Below are positions 20,467 through 30,062 of a stretch of DNA of 64,000 nt, piece after piece. Origin of the DNA: a bacterium (GTDB taxonomy: Bacteria > Chloroflexota > Dormibacteria > Aeolococcales > Aeolococcaceae). The translations under genes and the position numbers were made by a program. Every line of letters starts with the position of its first letter. Positions within the stretch are counted from its first letter, which is position 1. Location: positions 8,035 through 72,034 of the forward strand of contig JAJZLL010000008.1 in assembly GCA_021803465.1 (NCBI GenBank), given 5' to 3'. Below the pieces are notes generated by a model that was given only the letters and a program-made list of their open reading frames with translations, was not told where the DNA came from and did no database searches.

Positions 20467-20958
20467 ATGACTGCATCATCCGAGGTTTCAATGGTCGGAC
20501 AACCCCTTCCCGATTTCGATCTCATGCTTGATTCTGGTTCACAGCTCTCGGGCACGGATCTCCATGGCCACTGGACAGTCATCTACGTCTATCCGAAAGA
20601 CAACACTCCAGGATGCACCATTGAGGCGCATGAGTTCACTGAGCTGCTCCCGAAGTTCACGGGAATAGGGGTTGACGTGTATGGCCTTTCCCAGGATTCC
20701 GTGAAAAGCCACGTGAAGTTTGTGGATGACTGTGAGATAGGGTTCCCCCTTATCAGCGATCCCACTCATGCACTCATCGAGGCTCTCGGCGCATGGGGAG
20801 AACGGTCCATGTATGGAAAGACCTACATGGGCGCACTCCGGAACACCTATCTTGTGAACCCTGATGGAAAGGTTGTGCACGAGTGGCGGAGCGTGTCCGC
20901 AAAGGGGCATGCCCAGGAAGTGCTCGACCAGGCGAGTGCCAGCATCACGGCCTCCTGA
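20467..20958 (+). CDS. bcp: peroxiredoxin Bcp (thiol peroxidase, AhpC/TSA family)
   Basis: 'YVYPKDNTPGCTIEAHEF' peroxidatic Cys motif; size 163 aa. Confidence 0.9.
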   Translation: MTASSEVSMVGQPLPDFDLMLDSGSQLSGTDLHGHWTVIYVYPKDNTPGCTIEAHEFTELLPKFTGIGVDVYGLSQDSVKSHVKFVDDCEIGFPLISDPTHALIEALGAWGERSMYGKTYMGALRNTYLVNPDGKVVHEWRSVSAKGHAQEVLDQASASITAS

Positions 20959-20980
20959 GCCTCGAGCGGAGAAGCCAACG

Positions 20981-21982
20981 GTGGCGAGACGGCACAGCTT
21001 CGATCCTGACACGGTCACTGATCGGCGTGTGGTCATTGTTGCAGGCAAGGGCGGTGTGGGCAAATCCACTGTCGCAGCAGGACTGGCACTGCATGCTGCC
21101 CATCGGGGAAAGCGTGTGCTTGTCGTTGATGTGGCAGCGGATGGAAACAGCTCGCAGATGCTTGGCGGAAGACGGGCGATTTCGTTCCAGCCACACCAGC
21201 TCACTGGCGACATCGCAGTGCTGTCACTTCTGCGTGTCGAGGCGCTTGAGGAGTACCTCAATGTGTACTTCCACATGCCACGGCTCGCGCGTCTCACTCC
21301 CTTTGGCAAGGTCATTGAGTTTGTGGCAACAAGCGTTCCTGGCCCAAAGGACATTCTTGTTCTTGGGAAGATCTACTACGAGGAGTCACGGGTCGATGAG
21401 GATGGGGCACCGTACTGGGACTGCATCATTGTCGATGGCATGGCTACAGGACATGCCATCGCCCAGCTCAAGGCTCCCTTTGCCATGCAGTCCCTCGTGC
21501 ATGGCGGCATGATCTACTCCCAGGTCGAACGCATGGCTGGACTCTTCAGCGATGCTTCACGGACAACAGCCGTTGTCGTTGCGACACCGGAGGAGATGCC
21601 AATCCAGGAGGCGCGGCAGTTCAAGGAGGCTGTCCATGAGTTTCCCATCGCTGTGGCAGGCTATGTCATGAACAAGGTTATTCCAGATGCTGATGGCGAG
21701 CGGGACAAGGTGCTGAGAACATGCATGGAAACCCCAGCACTTGTCACTGCGCTTGCCAATGCGCTCGAGTGGAATCCTGAGGATCTCAACGCAACAGTGT
21801 CGCTCTATGACGCCATGGCGAGGACCCAGGATGAGTTTGTCGAGCTTGCACGGAACGAACTGGGCGGACCCTCGTGGACACTCCCACTTCTTGGAACAAG
21901 GGGAGGTGGAAGGACTGCACGGGCGATAGCGAGAATGCTCGCTCAGCGAGTGGGAGCTCGAGGGGAGGTGCCACGATCATGA
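20981..21982 (+). CDS. ArsA/Get3-like anion-transporting ATPase family protein (first of tandem pair)
   Basis: deviant Walker A 'VIVAGKGGVGKSTVA'; ArsA-like core; in-frame GTG at 20981 chosen so as not to overlap bcp; stop overlaps the next gene's ATG (ATGA). Confidence 0.75.
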   Translation: MARRHSFDPDTVTDRRVVIVAGKGGVGKSTVAAGLALHAAHRGKRVLVVDVAADGNSSQMLGGRRAISFQPHQLTGDIAVLSLLRVEALEEYLNVYFHMPRLARLTPFGKVIEFVATSVPGPKDILVLGKIYYEESRVDEDGAPYWDCIIVDGMATGHAIAQLKAPFAMQSLVHGGMIYSQVERMAGLFSDASRTTAVVVATPEEMPIQEARQFKEAVHEFPIAVAGYVMNKVIPDADGERDKVLRTCMETPALVTALANALEWNPEDLNATVSLYDAMARTQDEFVELARNELGGPSWTLPLLGTRGGGRTARAIARMLAQRVGARGEVPRS

Positions 21983-23157
21983 GTGATGGACGGACTCTCC
22001 TCGATGAGCTCGCGAAGCGGGAGGTAGTCATCTGCGGAGGAGCAGGAGGTGTGGGAAAGACCACCTCCAGCGCGGCTCTTGGTCTCGCCCTTGCCCACCG
22101 GTACGGAAAGAAGGTTCTTGTTCTCACTGTGGATCCAGCAAAGCGCCTTGCCTCGGCATTGGGTCTTGCCTCTCTTGGCTCTCAACCGACCTGCATTGAC
22201 AGGCTTGTTGCACCGCATCTTGGTGAACCGCTCCGAGGTTCCCTGTATGCTGCAATGCTCAATGTGAAGGATGCCTGGGACCAGGCAGTTCACAGGTATG
22301 CGGACTCGCCCCAGACAGTGAGGCGGCTCATTGCGAATCCGTACTACCAGAGCATGATCGAGACATTTGTCGGCTCGCAGGAGTATGCAGCCCTCGAAAC
22401 ACTCTTCCAGCTTCACGCCTCCGGAGAGTTCGACTGCATTGTGGTGGACACACCACCCTCAAAGAATGCTCTCGACATCATTGAGGCTCCGCGTCACTAC
22501 AGCGAATTTGCCGGTGCACGTCTTATCTCCCTGCTCACCTCGCCTGCCCGCGTGGGCTGGCGGGCGTTCTCCTTCGCTGCAGCTCCTGTGTCCAAGATGG
22601 CTTCCCGTCTACTCGGGAGCTCATCGCTTGAAGAACTCATCGATTTCGTGGAAGGCTTCCAGAGCATGAATGCGGGGATACAGAATCGTGCCAGGAGCCT
22701 CTATGCTCTCCTGCAGAGTCCACGGTGCACATTTGTTGTCGTGACAACGCTTGAGGATGTCCAGTTTGGCGAAGCCGAGATGTTCACCTACAGGCTCAGG
22801 GAACTCGGCATGCATCTTCGCGGAATCATTGTCAACAAGAGTCTTCCAGAGTTTCTGGCAACGGATGGGATGGAAAAAGTTGTACTCAATTCCCGGAGTC
22901 CTGAGAAGGTGCACAATGGTCTGCCAGGCGCAGTGCAGGAGTCCTGCACGCTTGCGGAGGTGGAGACTGTTTCGGAGATGGTGCAGCTTCTCCATGACCG
23001 GGCTGTGCTGGAGCGGAAGCTTCGCGGAACGGTGAGCCATTTGGGACGTGCAGCCATTGTGACAGTTCCTCTCCTGCCACGGGATCTTTCAAACATAGAA
23101 GGTGTTGTGGAGATTGCGAGGAGGATCAGTCCGCAGACAGCACTTCAGGAGGGATGA
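21979..23157 (+). CDS. ArsA/Get3-like anion-transporting ATPase family protein (second of tandem pair)
   Basis: 'VVICGGAGGVGKTTSSAALG' P-loop, 'DTPP' motif; ATG overlaps the upstream stop. Confidence 0.8.
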   Translation: MSDGRTLLDELAKREVVICGGAGGVGKTTSSAALGLALAHRYGKKVLVLTVDPAKRLASALGLASLGSQPTCIDRLVAPHLGEPLRGSLYAAMLNVKDAWDQAVHRYADSPQTVRRLIANPYYQSMIETFVGSQEYAALETLFQLHASGEFDCIVVDTPPSKNALDIIEAPRHYSEFAGARLISLLTSPARVGWRAFSFAAAPVSKMASRLLGSSSLEELIDFVEGFQSMNAGIQNRARSLYALLQSPRCTFVVVTTLEDVQFGEAEMFTYRLRELGMHLRGIIVNKSLPEFLATDGMEKVVLNSRSPEKVHNGLPGAVQESCTLAEVETVSEMVQLLHDRAVLERKLRGTVSHLGRAAIVTVPLLPRDLSNIEGVVEIARRISPQTALQEG

Positions 23158-26023
23158 CCTCCCTTGCGGGATCTGGCTGTGTGGAAGCACTGCCTGGCGT
23201 GGGAGAGTCGAGCCGGATGACAGGGACGGGACTGCCTGAAGCATCCTTGAGGATGGGAAGCAGCGCATCAGATGTGGCAGTGAGGAGAATCTGATGGGAA
23301 GCGGACATGCGGATGAGAAATTCGGCATACGCTCGCATGCGGTCCGGGTCAGCAGTGAGGAGTGGCTCATCGAGGAGGATGGGTATGGACTCCCGCCGTG
23401 TGCCAAGGATGGAGGCGAGAGCAATGCGGAGCAGAAGGTGCATCTGGTCACGTGTGCCATGCGAAACACGATCAAGAGTGATGAACTCCGGAGATTCGGG
23501 ACCAAGAACACGGAGCGTGAAGGTTTCAGGATCGATGCTGCAGTCCCTGTAGCGTCCACAGGTGAGCTCAGGAAGGTTTGCTGACAGTGTTGACTGGAGT
23601 CGGTCAGCAACATCGTGATGGACATCGCTGCTGAGGTCCCTCAGCGTCGCCATGGCACGATCGATGGCAGCCTTGTCGAGAAGAATCGCATCGCGCTCAG
23701 CACAGGCACTGGCCAGATCATCCCTGATGTCCGCAATGGACATGCCATGCCGCATCCGCTCCTTGAGGAGAGACTCGAGCTCACGGGCTTCCCCAGCAAG
23801 TGCATCACTCCGTTCCCGAGCCCTCCGCACTGCCTCCTCAAGGGCAGGGAGGTCCTCGAACGATGAGGGGACAGCTGGGCTGTCATGGGACAGACTGTGT
23901 GAAGCGCGTTCCTGCTCGAGAAACGCGATGCGCTGCTCAAGTGCTGCGGGGGACTGGGGGATGACTGCTCTCCGCTGGCGGAGCTGCTGGAGTGCGCGGA
24001 TTTCCTCGACAGCTGCATCCTTGGCAGCGCATCTGCTGTCGTACTGCGCTCCGAGCATTTCGAGTGTGCCAGTCTCGCCAGGGAGGAAGGAGGAGAGCCT
24101 GTCTCTCAGGTGTTCTCCATGACGAAGACAGCGCTCGCTTGCCTGCTGGAAGTCATGCTCGATGTCGAGGAGCAGCCGTTCATTCTCGGCAAGCGCAGCA
24201 TCACGAGCTGCGAGTGTAATCCGGCGCTCTGCGTGGGTCTTCCGCTCATCGATGGTTCCGAGGAGAAGCTTCACCACTGCCAGCACCTGGCGGGGATCAT
24301 GAACGGTCGGGGCAGGACGGTTCGACTCGTCAAATGCGATGCCAAGCTCGTCCATGAGTGCGCACACGTTCCCATGGAGGGTTCCGATTCTGCCTGCGAG
24401 ATCGTCGATGCGTGAACGGTACTCGTCAATCTCAGTCCTCGTATCCGCAAGCTCCTCCCTGAGCCTGAGAAGCGTGCGGAGACTTCCCAGCAGCTCATCC
24501 CTGTCAAGGGCGCTTCCCTGCAGCGGGGAGACAGTGGTGCTCGACTGGCGTGTGCGCTTGCCTGCAAGAAACCGTGTGATGAGGAGCGCGATGAGAAGTC
24601 CAGCTAGAAGCCCCGCTCCACAGGCGATGAGGAGCTCATGGAGGTGGCTGAGCTCGTCAATGAGGATGCCTGAGCCTGTGCCAATGACAGCACCAAGCAG
24701 CACTACAAGGAACCTGGCAAGGCCACCAAGAGGGGTGGGAGGGTGCACAGGTTCATCAATGAACGCCTGGACTTCCGCAGTGGTGAGGGAATCATAGCCA
24801 GTCTCAGTGCATGCCTTCTCGAGGGCGTGGATCTTGCCCTGAAGGCGCATGAGGCGGGCATCGTCTGCATGGGCTGCTTCTCCCTCGAGCCGGGAACACG
24901 TGTCCCGGTATTCCGTGATGCTCATCTCCTGCTCTGGTGCAATGGTGAGCTCGGGAAGGAGGTGGTGAAGGCCACGTGCAAGAGTTGCACGCTCCTCACG
25001 GAGCGGGTCCAGCTCTGACTGTGCCCTGCTCCACCGCTCTTCGGCTGCTCCCCGGGTTGCCTGGAGGCGGTCAAGCTCGGCCCTGAGGCTTGCGATTGTC
25101 GTTCGTGCGGAATCGTTGAACTGGAGGGCTGTCTCACGTTCGGGTTCACGCGCCATGAGCCGTGCCTCCTCGCGCTCAATGACATGCAGCTCATCGAGGT
25201 GATGCCTGCTGAGGGCGATTGAGGTAACGATCCACTGATGCTGGCACCTCTCATACTCCTCACGTGCCACAGCTGCCTCATGATGGAGGAGAGAGAGCTG
25301 GTCAACATCGTGGGCCATGGTGGCATGGAACGCTGTTGCCGCATCAAGGGCTGAAGAGAGTTCATCGATGCGGCCAAGGACAGCACCCAGAGGACTTGAG
25401 GATCTTCTTGGTGTGCCCAATGCCGCTTCTGCTGCCGCGAGCCTGTCGAGTGCATCACGGGCAGTCATTGAGATGCCTCCATCGACGAGGCGCTCAATCG
25501 TTGCCCTGAGAAGGTCCACGTGCTGCTGCACGCCTTCCGGGGATGCATTGAGCAGTCCATCTTCACCAAGCCATGCTGTCGCAGCAAAGACCTCCTCATC
25601 GAGACCCAGGTGGTGGAATCCAGGGACGACGTGCTTCCCCAGGTGCATTGTCTGCGTGATGTCACCCCCGCCAATCTCAAGCACCTGCGCAGTCTGCGTG
25701 CGTTGCGTGAGTCTCCGGGCTATCCTGTACCGCCGATCACTGTCGAGCCGGTACGTGAGCGAGAGGCCATACTGCGGCGCATCCCACGGAGACCACCTGC
25801 TCCAGGGACTGAGGCGTGCAGCCTTTCCCGGACGGCCAGCATCGATGCCGTACAGCGCAGCGCGGATCGCCCGGTGAAGGGTGGACTTTCCCGACTCGTT
25901 TGGTCCGATAATGCACGTGAGTCCAGGTGCGAACGTGAATGAAACATCATGGAGCCTGCCAAAACCATCGATGTCGAGCTGCTCAAATCTCACGATGAAG
26001 CACCTCGTTTCCCTGCAGGGCAT
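23126..26023 (-). CDS. SbcC/Rad50-like AAA ATPase with an internal transmembrane hairpin (YhaN-like)
   Basis: N-terminal 'FIVRFEQLDIDGFGRLHDVSFTFAPGLTCIIGPNESGKSTL' Rad50/SbcC Walker A; long coiled-coil region; two hydrophobic helices in the middle (FLVVLLGAVIGTGSGILI / ACGAGLLAGLLIALLITRFL); C-terminal 'ILLDEPLLTADPDR' Walker B/D-loop region; start is ATG 26023 or GTG 25993 (the ORF-track start at 26452 is implausible because it overlaps the SbcD-like gene). Confidence 0.75.
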   Translation of the reverse strand: MPCRETRCFIVRFEQLDIDGFGRLHDVSFTFAPGLTCIIGPNESGKSTLHRAIRAALYGIDAGRPGKAARLSPWSRWSPWDAPQYGLSLTYRLDSDRRYRIARRLTQRTQTAQVLEIGGGDITQTMHLGKHVVPGFHHLGLDEEVFAATAWLGEDGLLNASPEGVQQHVDLLRATIERLVDGGISMTARDALDRLAAAEAALGTPRRSSSPLGAVLGRIDELSSALDAATAFHATMAHDVDQLSLLHHEAAVAREEYERCQHQWIVTSIALSRHHLDELHVIEREEARLMAREPERETALQFNDSARTTIASLRAELDRLQATRGAAEERWSRAQSELDPLREERATLARGLHHLLPELTIAPEQEMSITEYRDTCSRLEGEAAHADDARLMRLQGKIHALEKACTETGYDSLTTAEVQAFIDEPVHPPTPLGGLARFLVVLLGAVIGTGSGILIDELSHLHELLIACGAGLLAGLLIALLITRFLAGKRTRQSSTTVSPLQGSALDRDELLGSLRTLLRLREELADTRTEIDEYRSRIDDLAGRIGTLHGNVCALMDELGIAFDESNRPAPTVHDPRQVLAVVKLLLGTIDERKTHAERRITLAARDAALAENERLLLDIEHDFQQASERCLRHGEHLRDRLSSFLPGETGTLEMLGAQYDSRCAAKDAAVEEIRALQQLRQRRAVIPQSPAALEQRIAFLEQERASHSLSHDSPAVPSSFEDLPALEEAVRRARERSDALAGEARELESLLKERMRHGMSIADIRDDLASACAERDAILLDKAAIDRAMATLRDLSSDVHHDVADRLQSTLSANLPELTCGRYRDCSIDPETFTLRVLGPESPEFITLDRVSHGTRDQMHLLLRIALASILGTRRESIPILLDEPLLTADPDRMRAYAEFLIRMSASHQILLTATSDALLPILKDASGSPVPVIRLDSPTPGSASTQPDPAREVIPPEVLSAD

Positions 26024-27161
26024 TGAGACCATATTTGAGAGCTCGTTCGAGCATCTCCCGTTCAGGATCCTCTGCCGCCTTTGCATCGATCGCATCCCGC
26101 AGTGCTCCAACGAAACGGCCACGCACTGTGTGCTCACCAGCGAGCGCATCAAGGTCGAGCGCAGGCTGGGTACGGGTGCGGATGGTGAGGGCTGCAAGGG
26201 GAAGTTCGTGATGGACTGACTGTTCGAGCACATCCGTATCGAGCGCCATGTACGTTGGCAGTGTGCCGATGAGATCCAGCTGCAGGACAGTCCGATGCGG
26301 GTCACGGTGGCCAAGGGCATCTCCGATGCCTGCCAGGACGACAGCTGTGAGGGATGCAAGTGAACTCGAGGCAGTGATGTCGACAGTGCACTGAAGGGCA
26401 TGCCACTTCTGGAGGGGAACGAGCTCGCAGGTGAATTCGCCAGAATCCGCAACTGTCACAATCACTGGCCCATGGTCTCCAGTCTCATCAACAGCCAGGG
26501 GCTCGGGAGTCCCCGGATACAGAAGCCCTGAAGCCGTATCGAGCCGGTAGCTGTGGTAGTGCCCGCTCAGTGCTCCGGCAAAGCCCTTCCTCTGGATGTC
26601 CGCAGCTGTGAAAGGACCATGCTTGCCCTTTCCCTCGATGCCTGCGAGCCAGGAGCGTTCCGCTCCATGGAACAGTGCAAGATGCGTATCCTTCGAGGGC
26701 TCAATGGGAGGACCAGCAAGGGGGTTGCCTTCCCACATGTGGTCTGGATGGGCAAGTCCCCAGAGAACCAGGGAGTCTGTGAGGCGGATTGGATGAAGTT
26801 CTGGGGCCGTGAAGATGTGGACATTCGAGGGCCAGTCCATTGTCATGTACAGGGAACCATTGATGTATGGATCATGGTTGCCAGGAGCAATGAGCACGCG
26901 CATCGGAGCAAGAGATCCCAGGAGACTCGTGAGAAACTGTCCAGTCTCCACTGTTGCGCTCTCGTCATCGAAGAGATCACCACCTATAGTGAGGGCATCG
27001 CAGCTTCGGGACTGTGCGAGTGAACAGATCGCCTGAAGGGCATCCCTCAGTCCTTCCCGGCGCATCCTGGCTGTGGCGCTTGCAGTTCCATGCCGTGCGA
27101 ATGACCGCTCGAGATGGAGATCTGAAAAGTGGCAGATGGTATAGGTCATGGAATGTGTCAC
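25983..27161 (-). CDS. SbcD/Mre11-like metallophosphoesterase (YhaO-like)
   Basis: calcineurin-like phosphoesterase motifs (ICHFSDLHL; GGDLFD; GNHD; GHYH); 3' end overlaps the start of the SbcC-like gene, implying co-translation. Confidence 0.8.
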   Translation of the reverse strand: MTHSMTYTICHFSDLHLERSFARHGTASATARMRREGLRDALQAICSLAQSRSCDALTIGGDLFDDESATVETGQFLTSLLGSLAPMRVLIAPGNHDPYINGSLYMTMDWPSNVHIFTAPELHPIRLTDSLVLWGLAHPDHMWEGNPLAGPPIEPSKDTHLALFHGAERSWLAGIEGKGKHGPFTAADIQRKGFAGALSGHYHSYRLDTASGLLYPGTPEPLAVDETGDHGPVIVTVADSGEFTCELVPLQKWHALQCTVDITASSSLASLTAVVLAGIGDALGHRDPHRTVLQLDLIGTLPTYMALDTDVLEQSVHHELPLAALTIRTRTQPALDLDALAGEHTVRGRFVGALRDAIDAKAAEDPEREMLERALKYGLNALQGNEVLHREI

Positions 27162-27221
27162 TGGAGAAGGGAGTGGGCTACCTCGTAGTGTCTCACACTC
27201 GCTTTCCCCATTCCAATGGGG

Positions 27222-28088
27222 CTACTTCCTCTTGGCCGGGACGGACTTCTTCGCATGCGATGGTGCAGGAGCTGCAGTGATGGGCATTCCGTATCGTGCC
27301 ATGCGGCGGGAAAGGAGCTCCTCGGTGGGAAGGGAGGAGAGGTTGGCGAGTGTCCTGAGCAGCGTCCCTTTGAGGGCAGCCAGTGACACTGCGGGGTTTG
27401 CGTGTATGCCCTCTGCAACTTCTGGGATGAGCTCATCGACAATGCCGAACTCATGCGCAGTAGTCACGAGTGGCTTCATCGCGAGCGCTGCTCGTGCCTT
27501 CTGCGATGCATCGCGGTAGAGGATGGCTGCACAAGTTTCAGGTGGTGCAACAGTGTACATGGCCCGCTCGAAGGCGAGCACCCGGTCTGCAACTCCGAGT
27601 GCCAGCGCTCCACCAGACCCACCCTCGCTCAGCACAATGCTCACTGTGGGAACGGTGAGTTCGAGCATTGTGATGAGGGAGGCGGAGATTGCCCATGCCT
27701 GTCCACGTTCCTCTGCACCGATTCCGGCATGGGCAGCTGGCGTGTCGATGAGGCACACGACTGGAAGGTGAAACTTCTCAGCCAGGCGCATGAGGCGCTG
27801 CGCCTTCCGGTATCCTTCGGGATGCGGCATGCCGAAATTGTGCCGCACACGGGTCATTGCATCGGTTCCCTTCTCCTGGCCTATGACCATGATCCAGGTA
27901 TCGTTGCAGCGTGCAATTCCGCCAACTACAGCCTGATCGTCACTGAACAGCCGGTCACCATGGAACTCCGTCCAGTCCGTGAAGACGGACTGGATGACCT
28001 GGAGCGCACGGGGACGCTCTGGATGGCGGGCAAGGGAGACTGCCTCGAAGGCAGCAAGCTCAGCTTCTGCAGGCAGTGTTTCAGCCAC
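27222..28088 (-). CDS. accA: acetyl-CoA carboxylase carboxyltransferase alpha subunit
   Basis: AccA signatures (RHPERP, CLIDTPAAHAG, GGSGGALA). Confidence 0.9.
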   Translation of the reverse strand: MAETLPAEAELAAFEAVSLARHPERPRALQVIQSVFTDWTEFHGDRLFSDDQAVVGGIARCNDTWIMVIGQEKGTDAMTRVRHNFGMPHPEGYRKAQRLMRLAEKFHLPVVCLIDTPAAHAGIGAEERGQAWAISASLITMLELTVPTVSIVLSEGGSGGALALGVADRVLAFERAMYTVAPPETCAAILYRDASQKARAALAMKPLVTTAHEFGIVDELIPEVAEGIHANPAVSLAALKGTLLRTLANLSSLPTEELLSRRMARYGMPITAAPAPSHAKKSVPAKRK

Positions 28089-28974
28089 GGTTCATCACCT
28101 CATGGTGGGTCAGGGCAGCAAGGGTGGTTCCAAGTGTCTTCTGGAGCATTGCCCGTGCGACAACAGCATCGAGCATGCCATGAGCAAGGAGAAACTCCGC
28201 AGTCTGGAATCCGTGAGGCAGCTTGTCGTATGTTGCCTGCTCGATGACTCGTCCGCCAGCGAATCCGATGCGTGCATGGGGTTCAGCAATGATGACATCG
28301 CCCTGCGTTGCGAACGAAGCTGTAACACCGCCATAGCAGGGATCTGTGAGCACAGTGATGTATGGCAGATTTTCGTGGCCAAGCGCAACGACACCCGCAC
28401 TGCACCGTGCCATCTGCGAGAGGGAAACTATTCCCTCCTGCATTCGTGCTCCGCCTGATGTGCATACTGCTATGAGTGCGCGGTGCTCATCCCGTGCAAT
28501 GGAGCAGGCCCGGAGAAAGCTGTCACCAGCAGACTGGCCGAGGGAACCGCCAAAGAAGGAGAATTCCATCGCTGCTACGACCACAGGATGGCCGCCAATC
28601 GTGCAGGTTCCCACTGCGAACGCATCCCCAAGTCCAGTTGAGGTTCTCGCCTTGAGCACCCGTTCCCTGTAGGGAACGCCATCATCAAAGGCGAGTGGGT
28701 CAACGATGGGAAAATCGAGCGGGACTGTGGTGAGTGTGTCTGCATCAGCCAGCTGCATGAGCCGCTCCGATGCGGGCACACGCGCATGGTGGCCACATGA
28801 TGGACAGACACGGAGCGCCTGAACGAACCGCTCCTCAAGGGTTTTCCTCTGGCACTGGGGACAGGTGAAGGTTCCAGGTGGAAGCATTGGCTGCGGCTGT
28901 GGTCCTGGCGCAGGAAGATGCCTGCGGGGGACTGGGGCTCCTGCACTCATGAATGGCGGCATGACCCACTCCAT
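28081..28974 (-). CDS. accD: acetyl-CoA carboxylase carboxyltransferase beta subunit
   Basis: N-terminal Zn-ribbon (CPQCQ...CPSCGHH) plus carboxyltransferase core (MEFSFFGGSLG); start among Met-17/21/46 of the ORF. Confidence 0.9.
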   Translation of the reverse strand: MEWVMPPFMSAGAPVPRRHLPAPGPQPQPMLPPGTFTCPQCQRKTLEERFVQALRVCPSCGHHARVPASERLMQLADADTLTTVPLDFPIVDPLAFDDGVPYRERVLKARTSTGLGDAFAVGTCTIGGHPVVVAAMEFSFFGGSLGQSAGDSFLRACSIARDEHRALIAVCTSGGARMQEGIVSLSQMARCSAGVVALGHENLPYITVLTDPCYGGVTASFATQGDVIIAEPHARIGFAGGRVIEQATYDKLPHGFQTAEFLLAHGMLDAVVARAMLQKTLGTTLAALTHHEVMNRG

Positions 28975-29924
28975 TGCAGTCCGACTCCTCCCCATGTTGC
29001 CCCTGCACCGAATGCGACGCACGCAAGGCGGTCTCCATCATGGAGCTTTCCAAGCCGTGCAGCCTCGTCAAGGGCAAGGGGAATGGATGCGGAACTCGTG
29101 TTTCCCATGTGGTCAATGACCGACACCATCCTGTCGAGCGGAAGACCCATGCGCTGCGCCACAGCCTCCATGATGCGGTAGTTCGCCTGATGTGGAACGA
29201 TGAGGTCTATCCCTTCCCGACCCCATCCTGCCTCCTCAGCCACGCCATCGATCATGGCGCACATCTTGTCCACTGCAGTGCGGTACGTTTCCCTGCCATT
29301 CATCCGCACAGCGGGGGATTTGCCTGTCGGCTTCTCCTCGTAGACGATGTGATGGGCATCCTGTCCGTTCGCACCAAGAATGATGCTTGGCACAGCATTC
29401 TCCTCAGATGCTCCCAGGAGTATGGCTGCGGCTCCATCCCCGAAGAGGATGCAGGTGGAACGGTCCTCATAGTCGATGAGGGAGGACATCACTTCAGTCG
29501 AGACAAGGAGAACATGCTTCGCAAGACCGCTCCGGATGTATGAGGCTGCAGTCGCCATGCCGTAGACGAAGCCACTGCATGCAGCGTTCACATCAAACGC
29601 GGGAAACCCCTTCATGCCAAGATGGCGCTGAATGAGGCAGGCTGTGGGTGGGACCAGGGTGTCACCACTGCAGGTCGTCGTGACGATGAGATCAACGTCA
29701 GGTGCGCCACAGAGGTCGAGCACCTTTTCGCATGCCCTGGCTCCGAGCAGTGATGCAGTCTCCTTCTCACCTGCCAGGTGCCGCACCTTGATGCCAGTGC
29801 GTTCCGTGATCCACTGGTCCGATGTCTCAACCATGCGCTCAAGGTCCGCATTCGTGAGAACACGTTCAGGGAGAACGCTTGCAATGCCGAGAAGTGCTGG
29901 GTGTGTTTCTGTTCGGGAAGTCAT
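28947..29924 (-). CDS. fabH: 3-oxoacyl-[ACP] synthase III
   Basis: FabH catalytic triad context (DVNAACSGFVYG, HQAN, GNTSSASIP); start at Met-46 of the ORF (MTSRTETHPALLG). Confidence 0.9.
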   Translation of the reverse strand: MTSRTETHPALLGIASVLPERVLTNADLERMVETSDQWITERTGIKVRHLAGEKETASLLGARACEKVLDLCGAPDVDLIVTTTCSGDTLVPPTACLIQRHLGMKGFPAFDVNAACSGFVYGMATAASYIRSGLAKHVLLVSTEVMSSLIDYEDRSTCILFGDGAAAILLGASEENAVPSIILGANGQDAHHIVYEEKPTGKSPAVRMNGRETYRTAVDKMCAMIDGVAEEAGWGREGIDLIVPHQANYRIMEAVAQRMGLPLDRMVSVIDHMGNTSSASIPLALDEAARLGKLHDGDRLACVAFGAGATWGGVGLQWSGSCRHS

Positions 29925-30062
29925 TCCACCCTGCTCGCTGTACACATGGGGGCCATACGTACAGTTAACCATAGAGCCCTGCCGTTCCTTGATGCTGCGG
30001 AACCCTTGGACACAGGCTGGGAACCCCCAGACCCCAGTGTTCTCTGGTGTATAGTCCACTGT

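Noticed and set aside
20864-20980. Upstream extension of the first ArsA-like ORF overlapping bcp by about 95 nt
   Set aside because: An in-frame GTG at 20981 gives a start that matches the family N-terminus just before the P-loop and avoids overlapping the bcp coding region.
26024-26452. 143-aa N-terminal extension of the SbcC-like ORF
   Set aside because: It would overlap more than 400 nt of the SbcD-like gene. The Rad50-type N-terminus (FIVRFEQLDIDGFG...GKST) begins at residue about 150, next to ATG 26023 or GTG 25993.
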